From positions 1 to 64,000 of IMG/VR virus record IMGVR_UViG_3300002895_000002: a stretch of DNA of 64,000 nt; one strand, given 5' to 3'. Position 1 is the first letter of the stretch, and every line of letters begins with the position of its first letter. The notes below the pieces were generated by a model. It saw only the letters and a list, made by a program, of their open reading frames with translations. It had not been told where the DNA came from and did no database searches. The translations under genes and the position numbers were made by a program. This document shows, one piece after another, positions 9,704 through 18,285 of the stretch. This DNA is from a virus. Its lineage: Duplodnaviria; Caudoviricetes.

Positions 9704-10015
9704 ATGAAAAAGAATGCCGAAGTAAACGGTTGGACTCGTGAGAAGGTAATCGCCTTGATCAACACCAACGATAAAGCTGTTGAGCGGGCGATGGTGGTTG
9801 TGTTTAACAACCAAACACGCGATGAGCAGCACATGGAAGCAACCACTCACAACAACGGTGTCGGGTTTGCTGCATGTGATGCTCGCAAGGGTACCTACTA
9901 TGCCAAGTGGGTTCTTTCCGGTAAGCATCTTACTGGTCGGCATCTTGAAAGAGCCAGGAAAATGGCTTGCAAGTATGTCGGTCAACTGATGGTTGCTATC
10001 GCCAACAAGGCATAG
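9704..10015 (+). CDS. Hypothetical early protein
   Basis: Promoter at 9648 and GGAGG RBS. Confidence 0.65.
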   Translation: MKKNAEVNGWTREKVIALINTNDKAVERAMVVVFNNQTRDEQHMEATTHNNGVGFAACDARKGTYYAKWVLSGKHLTGRHLERARKMACKYVGQLMVAIANKA

Positions 10016-10024
10016 GAGGACACT

Positions 10025-10237
10025 ATGTCACGCAACGATAACTATCTCGAGCTCACTGATAAACTCGCAAAGCAACCCAACTATGAAATGGCCCTGAAGG
10101 TCGTTTATCAGTGGGTGAAGGACGGGTATATCTCATCCAAGATGATGGGTGATTTGAATGTTTACCAAAAGATCGCCGTAAAGCCCCTGGCTTCAGCCAT
10201 GGGGAGACGTCAACTCTACAAAAAGTTCATTTATTAG
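10025..10237 (+). CDS. Hypothetical protein
   Basis: GGAGG RBS. Confidence 0.55.
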   Translation: MSRNDNYLELTDKLAKQPNYEMALKVVYQWVKDGYISSKMMGDLNVYQKIAVKPLASAMGRRQLYKKFIY

Positions 10238-10296
10238 TTGACAAATCTAAGGTGTTATGTTAGACTGTAACTATAAAAACAAACGGGAGGTAGGTC

Positions 10297-10740
10297 ATGA
10301 AATCATTCAAAAGAAATATCGTTTTTGATGCTATCCTGAGGGAAGCAGAAGCAGCAGCAGATGTTGCCGCAAAAGCATGGCTCGCTGCAGCGGAGAAACG
10401 CGGGGCCGGCATTTCGGTCCATGAATGCTCGTTGTTCGGTGGAGCAACCGGTCCTGCTATCGGGTATATGCTGGATGTCTGTGGAGGCGGCTACATCGCC
10501 ATCCGGGACGGCCGCAAGAAGTTCACCAAGTACCTAATCGAGCTCAAGAAACTTGAGTACGAGCAACGCTTTGGTAGGAAGCCCGGCCCAGGTTCTGTCG
10601 GAAAATACTGGGACGTCCGGCACTCCCTGTCCATGCGTCAAGAGATGGGGTTGCATGAAGTATCACTCCACGCGTTCTTTGATGTGTTGAAAAAGCATGG
10701 GGTTTCTGATGGTATGTATGTTCGGACCTACATCGATTAG
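10297..10740 (+). CDS. Hypothetical early protein
   Basis: Promoter at 10238 and GGAGG RBS. Confidence 0.65.
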   Translation: MKSFKRNIVFDAILREAEAAADVAAKAWLAAAEKRGAGISVHECSLFGGATGPAIGYMLDVCGGGYIAIRDGRKKFTKYLIELKKLEYEQRFGRKPGPGSVGKYWDVRHSLSMRQEMGLHEVSLHAFFDVLKKHGVSDGMYVRTYID

Positions 10741-10749
10741 GAGGTTGAC

Positions 10750-11004
10750 ATGAAAACAATAAGCATTGAAAAATGCCCATTATGTCATTGTGTTGACTTC
10801 GAAACCTTCTTTGCATCGCATATTGTAAAAATGACATCGACGGGTCATGAAATACGTCGACATGAAATGATGGCATGCAGCAACTGCGGGTTGGTCTTCA
10901 AGAAGCACGTGAAAGAACCATCGGATTTCTGTGAATGCGGAGCTGAATATCATACTTATGACGGTATCAAGATGTGTCTCAAGTGCAATAGGATAGGAGG
11001 TTGA
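10750..11004 (+). CDS. Zn-ribbon hypothetical protein
   Basis: Several CxxC pairs; GGAGG RBS. Confidence 0.6.
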   Translation: MKTISIEKCPLCHCVDFETFFASHIVKMTSTGHEIRRHEMMACSNCGLVFKKHVKEPSDFCECGAEYHTYDGIKMCLKCNRIGG

Positions 11005-11353
11005 TATGCCATCCGATATGTCATTGTGAACGGTGTTCGGTACGAAGAAGCTGAAGGTCAAAAAACAGCGAAGTAAAAAATGAAGATTTTGAAGGGATTT
11101 GATAAATAAAACGTTATGAGAAAAGCGACTGTTAACATAGCCATCCAGGCACGGAAACACGAAGGAAAATGCGGAGCCGCCTGTGCTTGCCCAGCAAATA
11201 TCCCCTGCTGTAAACAAGGTCGCGGTTTCGTGAATTTTGAGCAGATTAACGATCCCGGATCTTCGGAGCTATCTTTGAGTTAAAATCATTCACATATGAT
11301 TTGACGAAAGGTGGCTCCAGAAATAGAGACCACCTTTTTCTTTATGCAAACAT

Positions 11354-11427
11354 GCTCCTATGGTGAAACGGCATCACGGTCCCCTGATTAGGGACAGTTC
11401 GGGGGTCAGAACCTCGTAGGAGTACCA
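11354..11427 (+). tRNA. Atypical or degenerate tRNA (anticodon GAT, Ile-like)
   Basis: Acceptor GCTCCTA/TAGGAGT plus ACCA; anticodon stem GTCCC/GGGAC; non-canonical T loop GTCAGAA and U37. Confidence 0.55.
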
Positions 11428-11433
11428 AGATAT

Positions 11434-11508
11434 GCACCTGTAGCTCAGCGGTAGAGCGGAGTCTTGATAAGGCTCGGGTCGGAAGTTCAATCCTTTCCAG
11501 GTGCACCA
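11434..11508 (+). tRNA. tRNA-Ile(GAT)
   Basis: Cloverleaf; GAGTC-TTGATAA-GGCTC; CCA end. Confidence 0.9.
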
Positions 11509-11525
11509 AGAAATATCAAAGAAAT

Positions 11526-11601
11526 GGGACTGTAGTGAAGCTGGTGCTCACGCATGGTTGAAGCCCATGAGATGACGGTTCAATCCCGTACGGTCCCGCC
11601 A
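11526..11601 (+). tRNA. tRNA-Phe(GAA)
   Basis: CATGG-TTGAAGC-CCATG; CCA end. Confidence 0.85.
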
Positions 11602-11605
11602 ACAT

Positions 11606-11681
11606 TCCGGTCAGGTCGACATGGCGGAGACGGGTGGCTGTTACCCACCAAGGCCCAGATCGTTGCTGGGGACCGGAGCCA
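11606..11681 (+). tRNA. tRNA-Asn(GTT), atypical T loop
   Basis: TCCGGTC/GACCGGA acceptor; GGTGG-CTGTTAC-CCACC; CCA end. Confidence 0.75.
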
Positions 11682-11726
11682 TAGGAGAAAGTCATGCGAA
11701 AACGCAAAGCACGAAAAAAGAATAAA

Positions 11727-11788
11727 AAAGATGTTGACAGGATAGGAAGAAGATAGTAAACTGGATTTACAAGTTGGATGGAACCGGA
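11727..11788 (+). repeat. Duplicated promoter and leader (copy 1; copy 2 at about 12160-12222)
   Basis: AAGATGTTGACAGG...GAAGAAGATAGTAAACTGGATTTACAAGTTGGATGGAACC is nearly identical in both copies. Confidence 0.85.
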
Positions 11789-12057
11789 ATACAACATCAG
11801 GTCCCAATATGGGTGCCGGTTCCAATAGTTCTCTAAAATTTCATACCCGCTCGGAAATCCGGACCAAGTGGTTGTTAACACGATAATACCACTAATGAGC
11901 AAATGGTTGGACTTGGTAACGGAATGCCTGTAAAAAATCACTGGGGGATTGGCTCACCCCCGGCACGATTTGCAAGAGGATGTTCCCTGCCGTCGGGAGC
12001 AAGGTGTTCATTGTCGATCCTCGGATGAGGGTTGATGCAAACACAGACGGCAAATTT

Positions 12058-12132
12058 GGACCGTGGGACGGCAGGTGTGGTCACTAGCCTTTCAAGCTAG
12101 TCAGATGGGATCGATACCCATACGGTCTACCA
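12058..12132 (+). tRNA. tRNA-Glu(TTC)
   Basis: CTAGC-CTTTCAA-GCTAG; CCA end. Confidence 0.85.
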
Positions 12133-12229
12133 AGAAACAAAAAGATAAAAAAGACAAAGAAGATGTTGACAGGAACTGAAGAAGATAGTAAACTGGATTT
12201 ACAAGTTGGATGGAACCAGAAGAAACTAG

Positions 12230-12720
12230 AAGACATTGTTCTGTGAAAACCAAATAGCAGTGAATACGCAGTAAGGTAAGGCCCACCGCGGGTAGTCCCA
12301 AAAGCGGCCACTAAAATGAAGAAGCTGACTTGGCCGGTTCCGAAAGGTTCCACAGCGGGTAATCTAATGGGGCGCCCGCCTCGTACAACCAAGTTGGTTC
12401 TGATTGGCAACCCGCTTTCAGCATTTACTCTTTCAAGTCATTTCGTGAATGTGGCACCTGGTTGACGCCCGGGCCTACGCTGGAAGACACGAGTGATGGG
12501 GTGAACGTCGCACCCAAAAGTTCAAGCCTTCATCCTGCGGGGTGTTTGGCTGGTCGGAAGGTTGAGCCAGCGAGTTCCTTCCGACTTCGGTCGACGTGGT
12601 GTCAAGGCAAGAATCGCCTGACTAACAAAGGGCTGGCAATTTACGGGGACGGTCGTCTAATTATAAGACATGACATGCCGCTACAGGCGAAGTCAGATCC
12701 TGGGGGAAGTGCCCAAGCAA
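12230..12720 (+). ncRNA. Candidate large structured ncRNA between tRNA genes
   Basis: No credible ORF. Nested helices TGACTTG/CAAGTCA, AGCGGGT/ACCCGCT, TTGACGCC/GGTGTCAA and GTCGGAAGG/CCTTCCGAC. Confidence 0.55.
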
Positions 12721-12801
12721 CCCCACCAAACTTTCAGATGTCGGGACGGCTAGCTGTGCACGGCAACCTCGGTTCGAGTCCGAGGATCTGAAACAATTTT
12801 C

Positions 12802-12874
12802 GGTCTATTGGTGAATGGGTATCATGTAAGCCTGTCACGCTTACGTACCGAGTTCGAGCCTCGGATAGACCGCC
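12802..12874 (+). tRNA. tRNA-Asp(GTC)
   Basis: TAAGC-CTGTCAC-GCTTA; TTCGAG T loop; CCA not encoded. Confidence 0.85.
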
Positions 12875-13023
12875 CTTGATTGTCGTGCTTATGCGTAGAG
12901 ACCTCATGTGATCCTTGCCAACCACGACCCGGCTTGGATGTACCAGATGTCTACGGTGGCTGGGTAAAGACCGGGTTTGCTGACCTTTCGTGGAGGGAAG
13001 GCGGCACTGATCACAAAAAATGA

Positions 13024-13098
13024 TGCGGGTTAGGGAAGAGGTCATCCCATCGGGTTCATATCCCGGGAATCAGTGGTTCGAATCCACTACCCGCAACC
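13024..13098 (+). tRNA. tRNA-Met(CAT), initiator-like
   Basis: TCGGG-TTCATAT-CCCGG, with three consecutive G-C pairs in the anticodon stem. Confidence 0.85.
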
Positions 13099-13214
13099 CA
13101 TAACAGAAATGGTCAGGGGAGTATGGAGTGGTCACGGCGTTGTGCCGCGGACGCCGTACAGAAACCAGACAAGTTCTGCCTGAAGGTTGGCCAGCCGGAA
13201 AGCAGGGCGTGCAT

Positions 13215-13296
13215 GTGGGTGTATAGGTCAAGGGGCGACCAGTGGGCTTCCAACCCACTCCGAAAGGGCGGAGTTCAACTCTCCACACCCGCTCCA
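13215..13296 (+). tRNA. Atypical tRNA-Gly(TCC)-like with 8-bp acceptor, 4-bp T stem and long variable arm
   Basis: GTGGGTGT/ACACCCGC, U73, CCA; AGTGGG-CTTCCAA-CCCACT; CCGAAAGG variable arm; GGAG-TTCAACT-CTCC. Confidence 0.7.
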
Positions 13297-13505
13297 AGAA
13301 ATGAAAAGATTTGTGGTCAGACGAATTGTCAACCGTAGCACTACCGCTAAGAGGGTGCAACTCCCAGAAGTAAATCGAGGTGGTATCGAAGGTTGATTCG
13401 GGCGTCATGAACCCGATATCTCTAGACCACAACCGGAATATTGCTTCAAAGCTCGATTGGTTGGCCGTGGACAACGTATAAAGGAACGGTCATTCTGTAA
13501 AAATT

Positions 13506-13580
13506 CGGTGAGTAAGTCAGTGGTAGACAGCCAGCTTTGGAGCCTGGTAGCCATCGGTTCGAATCCGATCTCACCGACCA
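13506..13580 (+). tRNA. tRNA-Pro(TGG)
   Basis: CGGTGAG/CTCACCG acceptor; TTTGGAG loop; CCA end. Confidence 0.9.
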
Positions 13581-13850
13581 GATTACTGATGATGGATAAC
13601 AGCCGAACCAGTTTGAGTCCGCGGCTCAAGATTGGTCGGGTGGCAACACATCGAGAACAAGTCATCAGCGATCCAAATAGCTGGCGGAAAAGATAAGTAA
13701 AGACTGCTACCAGCCGAGAAGTCATGCACGAGAAGTTTCTTGAACTGAATACCGTTACCAAACGCTGGAGGAAATAATCATGAATGTCTTTGCCTACTTC
13801 TTCTCCCATTAGGGAAGCCGCTAAAGGCTCCCGAGAAAGGAGAAGAGAAA

Positions 13851-14042
13851 ATGTCCAGAACTTTCGGTCACAAGAGGAACTGGTACAGTGTCGTAAAGAA
13901 AGCTGTCAAAGAAGGCAGCAAGACCTTCAGTCGCGCTGATGCCAGGAAGAAGCTTGAGATCATCAAGAGTGATCTTGAGAAAGCTGATGAGGTCGTGTTC
14001 TACCGTTATCAGGACTATGACGATTGGTGGAACTATGACTAG
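13851..14042 (+). CDS. Hypothetical protein
   Basis: AAAGGAG RBS. Confidence 0.55.
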   Translation: MSRTFGHKRNWYSVVKKAVKEGSKTFSRADARKKLEIIKSDLEKADEVVFYRYQDYDDWWNYD

Positions 14043-14050
14043 TAGAAAAC

Positions 14051-14122
14051 GCCCTGCCCGGTGGACCCGGACCTGACGCTTCGAACGTCGGAGGCACTGT
14101 TCGATTCAGTGGTGGGGTGCCA
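14051..14122 (+). tRNA. tRNA-Arg(TCG)
   Basis: TGACG-CTTCGAA-CGTCG; short D arm; CCA end. Confidence 0.75.
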
Positions 14123-14134
14123 AAGGAGAAAGTA

Positions 14135-14335
14135 ATGAGCCGAACAATCCAACGAGAACTGTCCGATAAGAAGATGTACTCCGAGAAGGATGTGGTGTTG
14201 TTTCTTGAAAAGTTTCTGAAAGACTCTTCATGTGGTGACATGTTCGATGGTCAGCCGTGGGGAGAGGTAGAGAACGAACGGTTGTACTTTGCTCTGTCAG
14301 AAATTGACTGCGGTAAGTTTAAGGTGACTGAATAA
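14135..14335 (+). CDS. Hypothetical protein
   Basis: AAGGAG RBS before MSRTIQ. Confidence 0.5.
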   Translation: MSRTIQRELSDKKMYSEKDVVLFLEKFLKDSSCGDMFDGQPWGEVENERLYFALSEIDCGKFKVTE

Positions 14336-14491
14336 TGGCAAGAGTTCTTGTGGAAATGGAAGTTTGGGTTGAGGAGATTAATGAAGATGATCCCGAGGTC
14401 GTGGAAGAGATCGTAAGAACTATCATCAATGACGGTGCAGACTCAACTGCTTCATCCGTCACCATCCATTCAGTAGAAGTTCAATAATCAC

Positions 14492-14560
14492 ACCCTGCCC
14501 GACGGACTTGGCTCTTGCGCTACGAACGCAGGAAGAGTGGTTCGACTCCACTGCGGGGTG
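14492..14560 (+). tRNA. tRNA-Arg(ACG)
   Basis: TTGCG-CTACGAA-CGCAG; TTCGAC T loop; followed by a terminator hairpin at about 14564-14596. Confidence 0.75.
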
Positions 14561-14746
14561 CAAAGGAGGGATAGACAAAATCTATCCCTCCTTTTCTATA
14601 TCTTTTACATCAAAATCCCGCCTGTAATCCACTTTCTTTCCCAACCCGTTTGTCCACTATTCCCACCTTATTTCCATCAAAAAAGTATTGACAAACCATC
14701 TCTTCGGTGTTATTCTGTTTATGAGAAAATGAAACGGGAGGTTGCT

Positions 14747-15210
14747 ATGTTCAGGTCAGATGCAGAATATCTTCAGGAAATGATGGAACTGGTCCTGGAA
14801 AGACACAAAGGCCAGGTTGATAGGAACGGACATCTTTATGTCCTCCACCCCATCCGAGTGATGATGGCATGTGAGACTGTTGAGCAAAAGCTCATCGCTC
14901 TGGGCACGACCTACTCGAGGATACCAAAACAACCTATGAAGAGCTGGTTGAGAAGTTCGGTGTTCGGACTGCAAACGGGATCCGAACAGTATCCAATCTC
15001 AAAACACTTCCTTACCCTGTATTCATTCAATCAGTTATCGATTCCGAAGATTACGATGCGATCTACGCCAAACACAAAGATCTGAAAGATAATATGTCTG
15101 AGGAGCGACTCAATAACCTGGACGCAGATACCAGAAAAAGACTGCTCAAGAAATATATCCCAGCAGTCAACCAGATTCAAATGAAACTGGAGGAGATGGT
15201 GAAACAATGA
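14747..15210 (+). CDS. HD-domain hydrolase (RelA/SpoT hydrolase, Mesh1-like), apparent frameshift at the G run 14902-14904
   Basis: HKGQVDRNGHLYVLHPIRV, then ALG(+G)HDLLEDT...KHKDLKDN in the next frame. Confidence 0.75.
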
Positions 15211-15449
15211 GACTAGTCAAAACTCTGGATGGTCGCCAGTTTTATGTCCCAGAACAGTCAGAGGGGGAAGTGGAAGCGTATGTTATCTACGATCCGAATG
15301 GTTATTATGTTGGCGAAATTGACTTGTCACCGTTCGTTATAGCCAACAAAGATACTGAATACATCGAGTATAAACGCAAGCTGGAAAGAATGCAACTTGC
15401 CGGTTATATCGTCGAACAAAAGAGAGGATATAATCAATCTAAACAATGA
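15207..15449 (+). CDS. Hypothetical protein
   Basis: Coupled ORF with RBS. Confidence 0.55.
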   Translation: MRLVKTLDGRQFYVPEQSEGEVEAYVIYDPNGYYVGEIDLSPFVIANKDTEYIEYKRKLERMQLAGYIVEQKRGYNQSKQ

Positions 15450-15458
15450 GGAGGTATT

Positions 15459-15866
15459 ATGATGAACCCGTGGGTTAGTATTCCAGGAACGTTGTTATTT
15501 GATCCTCCTAGAGATGGGTTGAAGAAGACCCATCGCGGCGGTTCGAACTGGGCCGTCATTCAGGTCGATAACGGCATCGGCTACTTCTACCGCTGGTGGG
15601 TACGGAAACGCTACGGCGTCATCCTGCAGCCGCCGGTATGGGGTTGCCATTGTACCGTTATCCGCGACAAAGACCGTGTTGAGATCCCGAGAAACATCGC
15701 AGAGGCACTACATGGCTGCAAGGTCGTGCTTGAGTACTCTGTGGAATGGGAAAAGCACTGGAATTTTTTTACATTACCTGTAATTAGTGAAGATGCAACG
15801 AATCTCCGACAGCAACTCGGGCTGAAAGATTATCCTCTGCACATAACTTTCGGACGGATTGTGTAA
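15459..15866 (+). CDS. 2H phosphoesterase-like protein
   Basis: Two HxT motifs (HCTV and HITF) about 60 aa apart. Confidence 0.65.
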   Translation: MMNPWVSIPGTLLFDPPRDGLKKTHRGGSNWAVIQVDNGIGYFYRWWVRKRYGVILQPPVWGCHCTVIRDKDRVEIPRNIAEALHGCKVVLEYSVEWEKHWNFFTLPVISEDATNLRQQLGLKDYPLHITFGRIV

Positions 15867-16178
15867 AAACCGTTGACATTTCTTTTCTCTTCAGTTATAA
15901 TAAAATCATAATCAAGGAGGAAAAAATGCAATACGGTCTTAATTATGAAAATGAACAGATGATGATAGAAAAGCCAAAGAAAAGAAAAATGGAACTTATA
16001 CTTTTCGCGGAGTTGCATTCCGAGTAATAGATGGAATTATAACTCATTTTTCTGTGGATGGAAAAATATTTCAGCGGTGTAATGGTTTCAATGTTTATAT
16101 CGGTGAAGTTCCCGGACCATGTGGATATTATCCCGCAGAAGCCAAAAAAAGCTCTTTCAAAGATTTAGGAGGTAAATA

Positions 16179-16373
16179 ATGACACTCGACAGATTTCTTT
16201 CTGAAATGGCAGAAGACATCGAGCGGTTCCGTCAGTACTGGGTAGAGAACCACATGGAAGACCCGAATGGATTTCCGATGGAGATGTCAGCGGATAATGC
16301 CGGAGCATGGTTCGAGCAGTTCGAATGTTTCCGTGAACTGAAAAGATTCGAAAATTTCAGAGAACCTGAATGA
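16179..16373 (+). CDS. Hypothetical protein
   Basis: GGAGG RBS. Confidence 0.55.
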   Translation: MTLDRFLSEMAEDIERFRQYWVENHMEDPNGFPMEMSADNAGAWFEQFECFRELKRFENFREPE

Positions 16374-16532
16374 TGTTACCCAAATGAAACCGCGGATGAC
16401 TGTCATAGGGAGCACTGAGACTTTCGAACTTTGTAGGAGACTCTTCCCGGAGTTCGACGTGTTCCTTGCAGATGAACCCAGAGATGACCGCAAGGCATCC
16501 ATAGAAGACTTCTTCGAGTAAAGGAGAGCACC

Positions 16533-16799
16533 ATGTTACTTTTCAGAATCAAAAACACCAAGACCGGGCAGTATTCCAAGGGTGGTCATCAGCCGTGGTT
16601 CTCCAAGAAAGGTAAGATCTGGAACGGCCGAGGCCCCTTCCATGGACACCTGGCTCTGTTCAACGACGATCGACATGGGCTGAGACTTCCGAAGGAATAC
16701 AAGGATTGCGTGGTGGAAGTTATGGTGGTTGGGGAACAACCGACCTGCACCCAGTCCGTCGAAGAATACTGCAACAGCGTTGGATATTCCGCGAAATAA
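16533..16799 (+). CDS. Hypothetical protein
   Basis: AAAGGAG RBS. Confidence 0.55.
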   Translation: MLLFRIKNTKTGQYSKGGHQPWFSKKGKIWNGRGPFHGHLALFNDDRHGLRLPKEYKDCVVEVMVVGEQPTCTQSVEEYCNSVGYSAK

Positions 16800-16858
16800 A
16801 TTTGACAGACCATTTCGTTCATGTTATTATAGAAACACAATAAGGAACGGAGGAAAAA

Positions 16859-17131
16859 ATGAAAAACCCAGAGATCAGAGTGTTCGTTGTAGGTTCGGCC
16901 AACGGCGGAAAGTCAACCGTTGTGGAACTCATCGCAGAACGGCTGGCCGACCTCGGTGTTCCGGTTGAAGTCAAGAAGATTTTCGACGAGGAGGCTCCAC
17001 GCCGCCCTGCCACAACCACCTACAGATGTCTCGATGCTCTGAAAGAAAGAGGCATCACGGTGAAGGTTGAGGAAGTTCAGTCGATGCGGAATCTGTCTGA
17101 AGGGATAAGGAAGTTCTACCACGTCGGATAA
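16859..17131 (+). CDS. Small P-loop protein
   Basis: VVGSANGGKSTV Walker A. Confidence 0.55.
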   Translation: MKNPEIRVFVVGSANGGKSTVVELIAERLADLGVPVEVKKIFDEEAPRRPATTTYRCLDALKERGITVKVEEVQSMRNLSEGIRKFYHVG

Positions 17132-17140
17132 ATCTCAAGA

Positions 17141-17188
17141 ACCTTGGTAAGGAAGAAGTCGCCGGTTCGATCCCGGCCATCGGCTCCA
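17141..17188 (+). pseudogene. 3' half of tRNA-Thr(GGT)
   Basis: CC-TTGGTAA-GGAAG AAGTC GCCGG-TTCGATC-CCGGC CATCGGC TCCA; no 5' half found in the window. Confidence 0.7.
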
Positions 17189-17211
17189 CAATGCACCACA
17201 AGCATTGAGAT

Positions 17212-17658
17212 ATGATGCCCTGTTTCGTAAACAGGAAGAACAAGGTGAGAGTCCTTGGTGGTGCTCCAAGATATTATGCTGGTGTGACCCGAGTGGTTGC
17301 ATCCACTAACGACGATGACGGATGTATTGCTCTTACTTTCGATTGTTCTGGGTTTGATGCTTTCAATCGGACTGTCGCTAAGAGAGAGTGGTATAACCCA
17401 AACACCAAACAGCACGATGCGACCTACTTCGAGTATTATGAGCGGAAACCCAGAGATATAGTTCCGCTCGTCGAATCCTGGTACTTTGCTATTTCTGACA
17501 TCGAGGACGGTTCTGCTGAGAAAGAGTTCGGTCACTTCGAGGTGGAGGACACGAAGAACGACTCAGTGTTCTACCTCTATCAGAAGGATGTTGAACTCGG
17601 ATGCAAAATGACCTATGTTCAGTGGCTTGAAGACAAAGTCATGGCTACCCTGCTCTGA
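17212..17658 (+). CDS. Hypothetical protein
   Basis: 148-aa ORF. Confidence 0.55.
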   Translation: MMPCFVNRKNKVRVLGGAPRYYAGVTRVVASTNDDDGCIALTFDCSGFDAFNRTVAKREWYNPNTKQHDATYFEYYERKPRDIVPLVESWYFAISDIEDGSAEKEFGHFEVEDTKNDSVFYLYQKDVELGCKMTYVQWLEDKVMATLL

Positions 17659-17666
17659 GGTAAACA

Positions 17667-17885
17667 ATGCTCAAAAAAAGAACTTTTGCAATCGATGTCA
17701 TTGAAGTTGAGAATGGAGAGAAGTTCATACCAATCGAGTTGCTTCCCACCTACGTTCAAGCAGCTGCGTCAAAAGCGATTGTCGCATTGATAGAAGACCT
17801 TCATGCCCAAGGGTTTATTTCTATCAGGGAACGGGATGAGATGCTGGAAACATATGACGCGAACAGCTCATTGGTTCCTGAATAA
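17667..17885 (+). CDS. Hypothetical protein
   Basis: GAGG RBS. Confidence 0.55.
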   Translation: MLKKRTFAIDVIEVENGEKFIPIELLPTYVQAAASKAIVALIEDLHAQGFISIRERDEMLETYDANSSLVPE

Positions 17886-17891
17886 TCAAAT

Positions 17892-17963
17892 ACCCTCGTG
17901 GTCCAAAGGATGGGCTCCGCACTCCTAAGGCGGTGAATGTCGGTTCGAGTCCGACCGAGGGTG
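17892..17963 (+). tRNA. tRNA-Arg(CCT)
   Basis: ACCCTCG/CGAGGGT acceptor; CTCCTAA loop; GTCGG-TTCGAGT-CCGAC. Confidence 0.85.
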
Positions 17964-17987
17964 TCAGATATAAAGAAAGACATCCAT

Positions 17988-18224
17988 ATGTTAAATCAAA
18001 AGTCAGAGGATGATTTCTATAAAGCACTACGGGTTATCATTGATCGCATTGACCAAGCGAAGTCAACTCGTGATGCTGATGTTATTTGTTTTGATATTGA
18101 CCAACTCAGTAAGGAGTACAAAGAAATATTTTCCGGACATTACGGTAAGCAGATTCTCCGTGATAAGAAACAGAGTGTTTTGGACCAACTGAGTGTTCAC
18201 TGTAAAATGAAGGGCATACGATAA
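17988..18224 (+). CDS. Hypothetical protein
   Basis: ORF from internal ATG. Confidence 0.45.
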   Translation: MLNQKSEDDFYKALRVIIDRIDQAKSTRDADVICFDIDQLSKEYKEIFSGHYGKQILRDKKQSVLDQLSVHCKMKGIR

Positions 18225-18285
18225 AAGTGATTGACACCAACAATAAAGTATGTTACTATCTAACTATACTAAAACGGAGGGTCAA

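Noticed and set aside
11694-11745. Short basic ORF in the tRNA cluster
   Set aside because: It overlaps the A-tract and -35 box of the duplicated promoter; probably non-coding.
12230-12720. RNase P RNA, tmRNA or group I intron
   Set aside because: Their conserved motifs (GAGGAAAGUCC, tmRNA tRNA-like ends, P7 R/S elements) were not found.
13581-13673. CTGATGA as a hammerhead core
   Set aside because: It is fully paired with TCATCAG in a long stem and lacks a properly placed GAAA/UH.
14537-14746. Long N-terminal extension of the HD protein
   Set aside because: It runs through tRNA-Arg, a terminator and a promoter; the real start is ATG 14747 after GGAGG.
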